Below are positions 1 through 9,003 of a stretch of DNA of 59,465 nucleotides, in pieces (the stretch's first letter is position 1; every line of letters begins with the position of its first letter). A program made the translations under genes and the position numbers. This DNA comes from a virus (Duplodnaviria > Caudoviricetes). Location of the stretch: the IMG/VR virus record IMGVR_UViG_3300032212_000005, positions 1-59,465 of that record, one strand, 5' to 3'. Below the pieces are notes generated by a model. It made no database searches. It had not been told where the DNA came from and worked only from the letters and a program-made list of their open reading frames with translations.

Positions 1-185
1 ATTATGTGCCTTTCATGCGTGACAGATCGGACTTAGGTGATAAATCAACCGCGTCCGGTTTGGGTGACACTGGCAGTAATGGAGTGCTGAAGCGCTTTAA
101 AGGCTCTGATAGACCGATTATCAACCCACTCGAATCCATCATGGCCGATGTTTATGAAACCGAAGTCTCTATTAAGGGCAATGAT
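1..185. repeat. Terminal overlap, left copy (circular assembly)
   Basis: Identical to 59281-59465 except A128 vs G59408; lies inside a continuous ORF. Confidence 0.97.
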
Positions 186-2438
186 TCTCGCCGGGCGCTA
201 GTCGATATTGCCAAGGATGCTGGTTATGGTTCAGGTGCTGTCGTCGAGAAGATACCTGATAATGAAATTCGCCGTATGTTTATCGGTATGGAAGAGATAA
301 AGCAGGCATTGGTTACTCAAATGGACTGGTCTGCTTTAACGGAGCGTGATTCGGCAAGCCTTGAAATGGTTCTTGGCGGCATGGACGATATAGACGCGCC
401 AGGCTTAAGCTTCTTCCGTGCTGGTGACATCAACGAGCGAGGCGAGCCCATTATATTCGTTTGGGAAGGTGGCAAGAGAGAGGCTTACAGGCTTGCTGAT
501 GGCGAATTTGGAATGGAACTCTATAACGCATTCACTACCCTGAACCGGGAAGAAGTGCCTTTGCTGGTGGATTTGCTGTCATTACCCGCACAAACCATGC
601 GTTTGGGTATTACCGTCGAGCCAACATTCCAGGTTACAAACACCATTCGAGGTGAGTTAACCACTTGGATGCTGGATCCCAATTACACCCCGGGTGTTGA
701 TTTCGGGAAAGGGCTTAAGTCATCGGTAGCTTTTGATGAAATGAAGCAAGCCTATGTTGGTGCTGGCGGCATTATGGGTGGTGTAAACGCCAACTCGATG
801 GCGGCAAAGCGCGCAAAGCAGGACATTGAAACCGTATCCAGGACAGGCGCCGATATTCGCCGGGTATCGTGGCGCGGATTTTTAGCAGCAACTGAGATAT
901 CTGAATCTGCTATGCGTATTGGTTTGTTCAGGAAAACCTTCGAGAAAGCGAAAAAGGAAGGCTATACCGATAAAGAAGCAGTGATCGAGGGCGCTTTTAC
1001 CGCAAGAGACATCACTGATTATGGTCGTCATGGCTCGAAGATGCTTTCCGCACAAAGAATCATCACGTTTATGAATGCTCACTTTCAAGGTATGGATAAA
1101 TTCAGCCGCACCCTGGGTGGTTCTGGATCCTATCAACAAGCGCTTCGCTATGTGTTCGGTCAAACTGAGTCATTAACGGCTAGAGAACAGAAAAACCTCT
1201 CTACCGGGCGAAAGCTTGTTACCAAAATGGTTTTGGTGGGAATGGCTGGTGCTGCATTGACCATGCTCTACAGTGACGACGAGGAATATCAGGAGTTTTC
1301 AGAATACTTGCGGACCATGCACTGGATGGTTAAGGCGCCTATGTTGGTTGATGGTGAATGGAAGCTTGGTTGGTACGCGATACCGAAACCCTTCCAAGAG
1401 GCAATGCTTGGAAACATCATGGAGCGCGCCTATGGCGCTTATTACTATGATGACCCGGAAGAAATGGAAAAGATGAAGCGAGGCATTATGATGATGCTTG
1501 GCCCACCAATGATCCCAGTCGCTATACGTCCGACCATTGAGCATTTCGCCAACAAGTCTTTGTATAACGACATGCCGCTGATTAGCGACAGGTTAAAAGG
1601 CCTGGATCCAGAGAAGCAGTATTACGCATGGACAAGCAGCCTAGCCAAGAAGATCGGCAAAGCCAACGGCATACCTCCTGTACTGATAGATCACTACATT
1701 GTGAGCTATACAGGGAGCATGGGGCGAACTGCATTAGGTTTGACCACTGCAGTAGATGAGAATGCGCCGACCCTTGGCGGTGATGATATGTTCTTCCTGC
1801 GCCGGTTTATCAGGGACTGGACGCGCTCATCATCATCTAAAACCGATTTCTATCGAATGATGTCTCGTGATGGCGGTTCTATGACCGCGAAGTACAGCAC
1901 ATTCAAAATGCTTGTATCAGATGACTCGAACGATGAAGCCAGAGCGTACTTAGGCAAACTCAAGGACCATGAGGCGGCTTATGTGATGGCTCGGTATACC
2001 GGGGCAATCGCCCCCGGCAAGAGCCAGGCTAAGTTTCATCCTTTGCACCGGGCACAGTTGATATCCAGATATTACAATCAGGCTAGAAACAATGTGCGCG
2101 ATTCTGAAACCATAAAGCCAGATAAAAAGCGTCGATTAGATGATCTGATATCGCAACGTGTCGTGATGGAAATGAGAAATGCCATGATTGCATCAGGGTT
2201 GCCTGGGTATCAAAAGCGAGAAATGTTTGATTTGAGCAAGAATGCTAAATCTATCGAGAAGCTATCACCTAAGACATGGCAGCTCATGGAAGATTTAAGC
2301 GGGAATCTCCATACTGCCCAGGACACATACAATGCCTACCCTAGTTTCCAGGCTGATATGTTGAAAATGAGAGCCGAGATTATTGAATCAACTGGTGATA
2401 TTGATCCTTTGAATAATCCATTAGACGGTGTACGATAA
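1..2438 (+). CDS. C-terminal part of the giant polyvalent protein (LPD38-like region)
   Basis: In frame with 52455..59280 through the overlap; 'YAIPKPFQ...ERA' and 'PVLIDHYIVSYTG' resemble LPD38. Confidence 0.85.
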   Translation, partial: YVPFMRDRSDLGDKSTASGLGDTGSNGVLKRFKGSDRPIINPLESIMADVYETEVSIKGNDSRRALVDIAKDAGYGSGAVVEKIPDNEIRRMFIGMEEIKQALVTQMDWSALTERDSASLEMVLGGMDDIDAPGLSFFRAGDINERGEPIIFVWEGGKREAYRLADGEFGMELYNAFTTLNREEVPLLVDLLSLPAQTMRLGITVEPTFQVTNTIRGELTTWMLDPNYTPGVDFGKGLKSSVAFDEMKQAYVGAGGIMGGVNANSMAAKRAKQDIETVSRTGADIRRVSWRGFLAATEISESAMRIGLFRKTFEKAKKEGYTDKEAVIEGAFTARDITDYGRHGSKMLSAQRIITFMNAHFQGMDKFSRTLGGSGSYQQALRYVFGQTESLTAREQKNLSTGRKLVTKMVLVGMAGAALTMLYSDDEEYQEFSEYLRTMHWMVKAPMLVDGEWKLGWYAIPKPFQEAMLGNIMERAYGAYYYDDPEEMEKMKRGIMMMLGPPMIPVAIRPTIEHFANKSLYNDMPLISDRLKGLDPEKQYYAWTSSLAKKIGKANGIPPVLIDHYIVSYTGSMGRTALGLTTAVDENAPTLGGDDMFFLRRFIRDWTRSSSSKTDFYRMMSRDGGSMTAKYSTFKMLVSDDSNDEARAYLGKLKDHEAAYVMARYTGAIAPGKSQAKFHPLHRAQLISRYYNQARNNVRDSETIKPDKKRRLDDLISQRVVMEMRNAMIASGLPGYQKREMFDLSKNAKSIEKLSPKTWQLMEDLSGNLHTAQDTYNAYPSFQADMLKMRAEIIESTGDIDPLNNPLDGVR

Positions 2439-2481
2439 ATGTTCCTAATCTGAAACTAACCAAACCAACCGGAGATAAAAA

Positions 2482-2871
2482 ATGCGAAAGCTTTTTTATG
2501 TATTAAGTTTGATGATTGGCTTTCTTGTTCCTGCGCTTGCTTCAGCTGGCGTAGAAGCAGGTGATGGTCCAATGCTGTCAGACGATGTTTTTCTTGTTCA
2601 AGTGACCGAAGCTGCAAAAGAATCAGGTGATGTTCTGGAGCCGGATATTCTCGACGAAAATCTACTGGCCCCGTTGTGGTTTTGTTGCCCAGGTGATCCA
2701 GATGGTTACGAGGCACCAGAAAGGGATATTGGCAGCGACCAACTGACCCCTAATAGGGTGCCGATTGTCGACGTTGCCAGCATGTTTAATCTGGAAGATG
2801 GAATGATCCCGGTAATTAACACGAGCGGATACTTTTGGGCAAACAATGGACCTGAAGACCCGGATGGTTGA
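2482..2871 (+). CDS. Small acidic secreted protein of unknown function
   Basis: GGAG RBS; Sec-type signal MRKLFYVLSLMIGFLVPALASA; followed by a terminator. Confidence 0.75.
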   Translation: MRKLFYVLSLMIGFLVPALASAGVEAGDGPMLSDDVFLVQVTEAAKESGDVLEPDILDENLLAPLWFCCPGDPDGYEAPERDIGSDQLTPNRVPIVDVASMFNLEDGMIPVINTSGYFWANNGPEDPDG

Positions 2872-2895
2872 CAGGTAAGCAAAAAGTAAAACAAC

Positions 2896-2925
2896 AAAAA
2901 GGCGCTTTAATCGGCGCCTTTTTTT
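2896..2925. terminator. Bidirectional intrinsic terminator
   Basis: AAAAA-GGCGC-tttaatcg-GCGCC-TTTTTTT where the two transcription arms converge. Confidence 0.8.
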
Positions 2926-3257
2926 ATGAGTTCAATAAGAAAGTTTATGGCATTGCCTTTTTTGACATCATCAGTTGTGAACCACACAACCTTATAGCCA
3001 AGCAGGGTAGCTGAATTCATCTTTGTGACATCGCGCTGGTAAGAGGTTCCCCGGGTGTGAGCGCCGCCACTGTGAGTCCCGCCCTGAACCTCAATCAAAA
3101 TGCCATAGCCATCTAACTCGAAGTCGTAAATGTATCCTCTACCATTGAGCGGCGAGACAATTTTAACTTCTCGGTAAAATTTAATACCTTGAGTTTTGAG
3201 GTGTAGCGCGAGTGTTTCCTCACCTTCAGATTTTGCTTTAGGTATCTTTGTGACCAT
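2907..3257 (-). CDS. Vsr/DUF559-like PD-(D/E)XK endonuclease
   Basis: SEGEETL...YDF...LIEVQGG...H...RDVTKMN...GYKVVWFT pattern. Confidence 0.8.
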   Translation of the reverse strand: MVTKIPKAKSEGEETLALHLKTQGIKFYREVKIVSPLNGRGYIYDFELDGYGILIEVQGGTHSGGAHTRGTSYQRDVTKMNSATLLGYKVVWFTTDDVKKGNAINFLIELIKKGAD

Positions 3258-3490
3258 TATGTACCTTTCGTTTCATTGTGTGCCGCCATTATCGACCGGC
3301 CAATCATTTCCACAACCTGGGGTAGCAACGTTCTCACACAAGACCCAAGTGGGCCGGATTTCTTGTACAAGGCGGAGTACTTCTGGCCAGAGGTGGCGGT
3401 CATCATTCTGGCCTTTTCGCTGCCCGGCAGTGCTAAAGGGCTGGCATGGGAATCCTCCGCAAATAAGTCCAATGTCTTCGATTCCGTCAT
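3257..3490 (-). pseudogene. Overlapping alternate-frame second MTase polypeptide, internally deleted, retaining the end of motif X
   Basis: Starts inside the MTase gene in another frame and ends with PQVVEMIGRSI (motif X tail, normally GNAVVPQV..IG). Confidence 0.7.
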
Positions 3491-3671
3491 TTTTCAATTG
3501 CTCCGCTGTTAGTGTTCTGATGTCCGTATATTGCGGTACGCCAGGCCAGTGTTTTTTTAATACTTGGCGACATTTTTCGTCGTATTCACAAAACGCTGCT
3601 GTTTCAAATCCTGCTCGATCGAGGCCGAGACTAAAGCCCCCAATCCCGCTGAACAAATCTAATGTTTTCAA
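3273..3671 (-). pseudogene. C5 cytosine DNA methyltransferase, catalytic part truncated after motif VI
   Basis: Motif I DLFSGIGG, motif IV GGFPCQPFS, motif VI ENV, then an abrupt non-homologous tail. Confidence 0.85.
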
Positions 3672-4280
3672 TCATCCCCCCATTGAAAGCAGTTCATTGA
3701 TGACATTCTGCGCTTGTTCCTCGCTCTCGAAATGCTGGGAGAGTATGAAGTTCCACACAACGTCAAAAGCGTCTTTGTAGAATTTATTAAAGCGCTCCTG
3801 CCCCATTGTCTCAAAATTTGTCGATTTTAATTCTTTTCGCCAACCTGCTGGCGTTAGGATGAGATTGTAATAGCCTAATTCCTCTTTAATCCACATGTGA
3901 ATATCATCCTTGTCTTTTGCTGGCAGTTCGTAATGTGCCGCTCGTTTCTTCTTGATCGCTTCCTGGTAAGCAATTCTTGCTTGTTCTAGTCCCTGTTTCC
4001 CGGAACCGTCCGTTAACTTATTCAGATAGATAGCGAAACCTTCTAGCAATTTCTCTTCAGCTGGAGACAAACAACCGCTAGTAGGTGTCCAGTATTGAGA
4101 AGCTAATTCCAAGAGCCCGGACCAGTAAAGCTTGTTATGCTGTGTTGACCTATGAGTGCGCTTCTTCAATATCCAGCGATAAACTTCGCCATGCTTTATC
4201 TTGGCAGCCTCATTTTTGTCTTCATCGTTGCAGGCGAAGAATGCACCACCATGTTTGACAGCTAAAAAACTTATTGGCAC
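3672..4280 (-). CDS. DUF1367 family protein (NinB-like recombination-associated)
   Basis: GTG start at 4280 with GAGG RBS; YWTP.SG, KSTNFETMGQERFNKFYK, WNFILS. Confidence 0.8.
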   Translation of the reverse strand: MPISFLAVKHGGAFFACNDEDKNEAAKIKHGEVYRWILKKRTHRSTQHNKLYWSGLLELASQYWTPTSGCLSPAEEKLLEGFAIYLNKLTDGSGKQGLEQARIAYQEAIKKKRAAHYELPAKDKDDIHMWIKEELGYYNLILTPAGWRKELKSTNFETMGQERFNKFYKDAFDVVWNFILSQHFESEEQAQNVINELLSMGG

Positions 4281-4591
4281 TTTGATCCCTCGGCTAGTTT
4301 CCATACTCGCTGCATAGCACCATGACGAGATACCAACTTGCTTTGATGGTATTGCCCGGTGAAAACAAACTCCTTTGATTTGAAGACAGCGCCCCAGGCG
4401 TTTGGGTGTAACGGCACAAGTGGGCATCCCGCTCGAACATCATCAGAGGTTACAGTCCCTTTTGATTGAGCGACCAGCTTTGCCGTGCCTCTCGCAGCAA
4501 TGAGAAACTCATGATTGTTTTCCGCTACCTGTCGAATACCATCTTCCTGCCGTTGCAGTGCAACTGATAAATCAAATTCTTCCTGTACCAT
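4271..4591 (-). CDS. Hypothetical phage protein, possibly winged-helix
   Basis: Tightly packed ORF; VTSDDVR...HPNAWGAVF recurs in phage early proteins. Confidence 0.7.
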   Translation of the reverse strand: MVQEEFDLSVALQRQEDGIRQVAENNHEFLIAARGTAKLVAQSKGTVTSDDVRAGCPLVPLHPNAWGAVFKSKEFVFTGQYHQSKLVSRHGAMQRVWKLAEGSKCQ

Positions 4592-4592
4592 T

Positions 4593-4955
4593 TCACACTC
4601 CTGATTGATTGATTCCTTCCATTACTTCTTCTGGTATCTCATCTAAAAAGCTGCATTGATCCATTTGCTTGAAAAACAAAGCACGTTGAGTGCCGTACTT
4701 GCGGTAAAACACCTTTTTCTTCCTGGAAACCATGCAATGACATTTGGCGCATAGCGCCAAGAGAAAGATCATGCCTATGATCACTGTGCCATACGCTAAA
4801 AGCTTCTTTTTCCCGGCTGATCCAACTACGTGGTGTACTTCAATCGGGCCGTACATCCCGCAAGCGCTGCATTTTCCGAGCCCTGCAACAAACTTTCGTA
4901 CTCTTTTTTCAATGGCATTCTCGCCGCGTGTTGTCTTCGAGGCTTTACGTTGCAT
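4593..4955 (-). CDS. Ref/DUF968-like HNH nuclease
   Basis: CSACG..IEVHHVVG...LALCAKCH...YGTQ. Confidence 0.75.
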   Translation of the reverse strand: MQRKASKTTRGENAIEKRVRKFVAGLGKCSACGMYGPIEVHHVVGSAGKKKLLAYGTVIIGMIFLLALCAKCHCMVSRKKKVFYRKYGTQRALFFKQMDQCSFLDEIPEEVMEGINQSGV

Positions 4956-5391
4956 CGTCTATCCCTTTGGTTATTTTTAGTAATTTATCTATAGCTGCTT
5001 TCCCTTTTGCCAATGAACTCCCACTAGGCGCCGGTAGTTGCCTGGATCTTGGCGCGGCGGGTAGGTGCGCTTGATGGCGTTCAGTCAACTTCATAAATCT
5101 TCCGATGTTTGGTGCGTGGTCCGGGTACTGTTTGATTGACAGATCAATAGCTCTTTGAATCCGCTCCCTACGTCGAAGCGTAAATTCTTCAGTTGTCTCC
5201 TGTGCCTGGCGAACCATAGTGTCGATAATGGCGAAAGCCCATTGCCTGCGCTTATAGTTGATTTCGCTATCAGCCAAATTGCTATTCCATGTCGGGTAGG
5301 TCAATTTGAAAACAGAAAATATTCTGTTCACCAGAAGCCTAACTTCTTCTGGAATTTGCCTACTCTGCCCAGTCGGTGTCTGAGTGTTCAT
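4945..5391 (-). CDS. Replication protein P-like helicase loader
   Basis: Follows the initiator; VNRIFSVFK..YP.W, KRRQW, P.IGRF resemble lambda P-family proteins. Confidence 0.6.
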   Translation of the reverse strand: MNTQTPTGQSRQIPEEVRLLVNRIFSVFKLTYPTWNSNLADSEINYKRRQWAFAIIDTMVRQAQETTEEFTLRRRERIQRAIDLSIKQYPDHAPNIGRFMKLTERHQAHLPAAPRSRQLPAPSGSSLAKGKAAIDKLLKITKGIDDAT

Positions 5392-6037
5392 TTTGAATCT
5401 TCATGTCTCGAAAAAATTCTAGTTTGGTGTCATTCCTGCAAATCAGCTCAATATCATCGAAAACCGTACTGTTGGTTCTTGTCTTACCCTGGTGATGAGG
5501 GCTAGCTTTGCAGTTGTCTATTGCTAGCATGATGTCAGCAACCGGATAGGTTTTTAGCCTGCCAGCAATCTTCTTGTGTCTCTCAGCTGTGAGCTTCACC
5601 CTGTTGGGGCTTTTGCCCATAACCTCGGTCCAATAATTGAAAACTTCAAACACCTTTTCTTTTAAATTATCAGAGACAGAGACAGAGACAGAGCGGCGGG
5701 CATTTTGATTGCAATCAGCTAGCTTTATGCTAGCGCCGCTATGTTCTTGATTATCAAGGCACAATTCAATGAAGTTAAGTGATGCAAACAGTTCAAGGTT
5801 CACCTTCTTCTTGCTATTGATTCTTGCAGTTATCCAATTTTCATCAGCGGGAATTCTGTTGTTCAGTTTGCCTGCCAGGATCCATAACGCCATTAACTGG
5901 AATTTCTCGTGATCATCAAGTGTTGAAAAATCGTAATCATCGAGAATACGGCCATAGAGCTTTATCCATGGTGGGTTTCGTTTCTTGTAGTGCTGAAACT
6001 GCTCCCAATTAACTACTTGATAATAAGAGCTACTCAT
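5360..6037 (-). CDS. Phage replication initiator (replisome organiser)
   Basis: NWEQFQHYK.RNPPWIKL N-terminus; C-terminal VFNYW...RL...IDNC...DIELICR; likely ATG at 6037. Confidence 0.75.
   Translation of the reverse strand: MSSSYYQVVNWEQFQHYKKRNPPWIKLYGRILDDYDFSTLDDHEKFQLMALWILAGKLNNRIPADENWITARINSKKKVNLELFASLNFIELCLDNQEHSGASIKLADCNQNARRSVSVSVSDNLKEKVFEVFNYWTEVMGKSPNRVKLTAERHKKIAGRLKTYPVADIMLAIDNCKASPHHQGKTRTNSTVFDDIELICRNDTKLEFFRDMKIQNEHSDTDWAE
5671..5693. repeat. (CAGAGA)x~4 tandem repeat in the initiator gene; possible origin-associated element
   Basis: cagagacagagacagagacagag next to an AT-rich tract and GCTAGC repeats at ~5718-5735. Confidence 0.55.
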
Positions 6038-6242
6038 CCCCCGACTCACCCAGCGCAATAAATTCGCTCAAAGGTAAGTCAAATGCTCGAGCAACGCTTT
6101 CAGCTGTAGTCATTGTGCAGTTGTAATTGGCTTTGCACATATTTGATATGCGCTGATGAGAAACCCCCATCTTTTTAGCTAACCAATTTGTACTTTTGTC
6201 GTACTTGGCTAATGCCATTTTGATGCTTTTTCTTAAATTCAA
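6030..6242 (-). CDS. Cro-like HTH_XRE regulator
   Basis: 70 aa; WLAKKMGVSHQRISN helix-turn-helix; AAGGAG RBS. Confidence 0.85.
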   Translation of the reverse strand: MNLRKSIKMALAKYDKSTNWLAKKMGVSHQRISNMCKANYNCTMTTAESVARAFDLPLSEFIALGESGDE

Positions 6243-6278
6243 TATTTGTTCTCCTTGTTAAAATAATCAAATTTATGG

Positions 6279-6311
6279 TTGCGATAATACATTCGTGTGT
6301 TTATATTGCAA
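6279..6311. promoter_or_regulatory. Overlapping divergent sigma70 promoters
   Basis: + strand TTGCGA(6279)-17-TATATT(6302); - strand TTGCAA(6311)-16-TATTAT(6289); framed by the inverted repeat GTTGCGATA/TATTGCAAC. Confidence 0.7.
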
Positions 6312-6354
6312 CTCGTAACGCAAAAGAATTTAAACAAGGGAGGATTCTTTTACG

Positions 6355-6684
6355 ATGGAAACAACCATGTACATCTTCAAGCCTGATGGCGATCACGATG
6401 TTTTAGAAGTGGATTTGGCTCGTGATCCTGGCTATATCGAATTAAAAAAATTGGTCGAGCCACTACTCAGCGGAGGAATGGAGCGCGTTACCGTCAAGTT
6501 CCAGGACAAGGTAGTTGATATGTTCGTTGACGAGATAGGCTTGTTAAAAGGATTGCCAAGAAATGAAGCGGCAACCATGATCTATCGCAAAAACACACTC
6601 GATCACAATCCTGAAATGGATCCAGAAGAATTGTCGTTTATTGCTGGTGTCGCTGTCGTGTTCAATCGCCCGGTGTGGTTCTAA
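6355..6684 (+). CDS. DUF3846-like protein
   Basis: MFVDEIGLLKGLPRNEAAT...IAGVAVV; GGAGG RBS. Confidence 0.75.
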   Translation: METTMYIFKPDGDHDVLEVDLARDPGYIELKKLVEPLLSGGMERVTVKFQDKVVDMFVDEIGLLKGLPRNEAATMIYRKNTLDHNPEMDPEELSFIAGVAVVFNRPVWF

Positions 6685-6842
6685 TGTGCCTTTTCATCAT
6701 TAAGTGTGTGGCGTTCTTTGGCGCCATCTTGATCACTGCTTATGGTTTGCGTCTTGCTGAGAATGCGCGGCGCAAAGACTTGGGCATGGCGACAAGAAAC
6801 ACTGACAAAACGAAAAATAGGAGTCGGAAATGTCAAAATTAA
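6684..6842 (+). CDS. Small single-pass membrane protein, 52 aa (not in ORF track)
   Basis: TAATG coupling; MCLFIIKCVAFFGAILITAYG followed by a basic tail; fills the gap. Confidence 0.55.
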   Translation: MCLFIIKCVAFFGAILITAYGLRLAENARRKDLGMATRNTDKTKNRSRKCQN

Positions 6843-7672
6843 ATAAAGGCCCGGTAACACTAGAGGCCGAAGGTAATGAAGCAGAAACAGTTGGATCAGA
6901 AATTGTCGAACGGCGAGAAAGAATGCCCGTAGCTCAGATTTCGGATAACCCGATAACAGCGTCTATGCAGATTATCGCCCAGGCGGCGGCAGATCCTTCA
7001 TGCGATGTTGAGAAAATGAATAAATTGCTTGATATGCGTGATCGTGTTGAAAAGTCCGAGGCAGAGAAATTATTTTGGAAAGCTTTCCCAAAGCTGCAAA
7101 ATGACCTACCTGAAGTAACGAAAGAAGGCGAAATCGTTAATGATAAGCACGGTTTCACGATACCTTACGCCAAGTTTGAGGATGTCATTAGAGCGATAAA
7201 GCCAATAATGGCAAAACATGGCTTTGCGCTTTCTTTCAGACACAAAACGCAAGATGGCGGCGCGATTCTTACAACAGGAATACTTTCTCATAAAGGCGGC
7301 CATTGCGAAAAAGATGAGTTTTTATCACTGCCAGATAACAGCGGTTCTAAAAACGGTATTCAAGCAATTGGATCAACCCGATCTTATGGAAAGCGATATA
7401 CCCTGACTTCATTAACTGGTATCGCATTTGGCGGCGAAGACGATGATGGTCAAGCAGCTGGCGGCTCGGCTAACCCGCAACCTGCTGCAAAGCCAGAAAG
7501 CGTAGATGGTGCTAAGTTGGTTGATAAAAACCAAATAAAGATCATCGAGCGAACAGCCGAAAATAAAGGGGTGGATATCAAATTGGTGCTGAAGCACTAC
7601 AACATACCATCACTGGATAAATTGAGATTCTGTGACTTGAACGGCTGTCTCGAACTAATCAAGGTACAGTAA
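6830..7672 (+). CDS. erf: ERF family single-strand annealing protein
   Basis: YAKFED, QAIGSTRSYGKRYTL, GEDDDG. Confidence 0.92.
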   Translation: MSKLNKGPVTLEAEGNEAETVGSEIVERRERMPVAQISDNPITASMQIIAQAAADPSCDVEKMNKLLDMRDRVEKSEAEKLFWKAFPKLQNDLPEVTKEGEIVNDKHGFTIPYAKFEDVIRAIKPIMAKHGFALSFRHKTQDGGAILTTGILSHKGGHCEKDEFLSLPDNSGSKNGIQAIGSTRSYGKRYTLTSLTGIAFGGEDDDGQAAGGSANPQPAAKPESVDGAKLVDKNQIKIIERTAENKGVDIKLVLKHYNIPSLDKLRFCDLNGCLELIKVQ

Positions 7673-8262
7673 TGCTGGCATTCGACGAAGCAACTCACAC
7701 CTACCACCTAAACGGCAAGCGACTGCCAAGTGTGACCCAGGTGCTAGATGTTATTTCGAGTTACATGGGCATTCCCGCTGATATTCTTGCGAAGGCTTCG
7801 GCGCGGGGTAACTATGTCCATACACTCACGGAACACCATGACAATGGCGTACTGGGTGAATATGACGTTGAATACGAAGGCTATCTTCTTGCTTGGAAAA
7901 CATTCCTTCAGACTTCAGGTTTTGAGCCTGAGTTAGTTGAATTCAGAATGGCAGACGAGAAGATTGGCGCGGCTGGCACCCTGGATAGATATGGTTCAGT
8001 GATTAAAAAGGGAGCCCTAAAAAAAATCTTGCTGGATATCAAATCAACTGCGGTGCTGGTTCCCTCGGTAGGTCCGCAAACTGCAGCCTATGAGAAATTG
8101 CTCAAGGCTTCTCTACCAGAAATCAAAGTGGATGAGCGATGGTGCGTATTGCTTAAGCCAGACGGTTCATTCAAAAAACACAATTTAACAAGTCGAGCTG
8201 ACTGGGCAACTTTCCGGGCGGCTTTGACTATTCACCAGTGGAAAGAGGAAAACATAAAATGA
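7672..8262 (+). CDS. PD-(D/E)XK exonuclease, recombination partner
   Basis: FDEATHTY, PSVTQVL, RGNYVH, AGTLDR, DIKS, Q.AAY. Confidence 0.85.
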   Translation: MLAFDEATHTYHLNGKRLPSVTQVLDVISSYMGIPADILAKASARGNYVHTLTEHHDNGVLGEYDVEYEGYLLAWKTFLQTSGFEPELVEFRMADEKIGAAGTLDRYGSVIKKGALKKILLDIKSTAVLVPSVGPQTAAYEKLLKASLPEIKVDERWCVLLKPDGSFKKHNLTSRADWATFRAALTIHQWKEENIK

Positions 8263-8984
8263 GTAAGATGACATTCAATGTCGGAGTACCAGAATCGGTT
8301 GAAATGACAATGAACCAAATACGTTCACTGTTTAGCAACGAAGAAGGCGGATCTTTTGGGAAGATCAAAAAACAGTCAGAGTACGATTACATGCTGGACA
8401 TGTTGAAAGACATGAAAGGCAAACTCAAAACGATTGTGGCCGCTCGCCAGGAACTGACAAAGCCATTAAATGATGCCAAGCAGGATATCATTGATTGCTT
8501 CAAGCCTTTGCAGGACGAATGCGCCCAGTTTGAGCAAAGCACTAAGGCGCTTATGGAAGCCTGGGATGATGAGCAGGAGCGAAAGCGCAGAATTGCTCAG
8601 GCTGAAGCTGAAGAAAAAGCACGAAAAGAGCAGGAAGCTTTGGAGCGACGCGCCGAGAAAGCCCAAGAAAAAGGCCATCACGAAAAAGCTGACGAACTAA
8701 TGGAGGCATCTGAAAAGGTACATGCCGCGCCAGTAGCACCAGCACCAGCAGCAAAAGGCAGGATAGCCGGGCGCCGCCATGAGGTAACTGTAAACAACAA
8801 GGTGGCTTTTCTTTGCGCTGCACTGGGAGTGAAAGTAGAGGATACGCACCCAAACCCGCAGTATTTGGCTTCGGTTAACATTGACGACAAGAAGCTGTCG
8901 AAACTTGCCGCAATGATGGATGGTGACTGGGAAGTGCCCGGCACTAGCTACCGGGGCGGTACAAAGATCGGCATCAGGGCATAA
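8259..8984 (+). CDS. Coiled-coil protein of the recombination module
   Basis: ATGA coupling; RQELTKPLNDAK, E/K/A-rich coil, C-terminal VPG. Confidence 0.75.
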   Translation: MSKMTFNVGVPESVEMTMNQIRSLFSNEEGGSFGKIKKQSEYDYMLDMLKDMKGKLKTIVAARQELTKPLNDAKQDIIDCFKPLQDECAQFEQSTKALMEAWDDEQERKRRIAQAEAEEKARKEQEALERRAEKAQEKGHHEKADELMEASEKVHAAPVAPAPAAKGRIAGRRHEVTVNNKVAFLCAALGVKVEDTHPNPQYLASVNIDDKKLSKLAAMMDGDWEVPGTSYRGGTKIGIRA

Positions 8985-9003
8985 ATCCTGATGTTTAACC
9001 AAT

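Noticed and set aside
1-185. Biological direct terminal repeat
   Set aside because: It falls mid-gene, which fits an assembly overlap of a circular or permuted genome better
6-2438. 810-aa ORF as an independent gene
   Set aside because: It is the in-frame continuation of the ORF starting at 52455 across the circular junction
3196-3780. 194-aa plus-strand ORF
   Set aside because: Antisense shadow of the methyltransferase gene; no RBS or recognisable motifs
5671-5693. Phase-variable microsatellite
   Set aside because: A 6-bp unit keeps the frame (SVSVSV); such repeats are common in phage initiator genes
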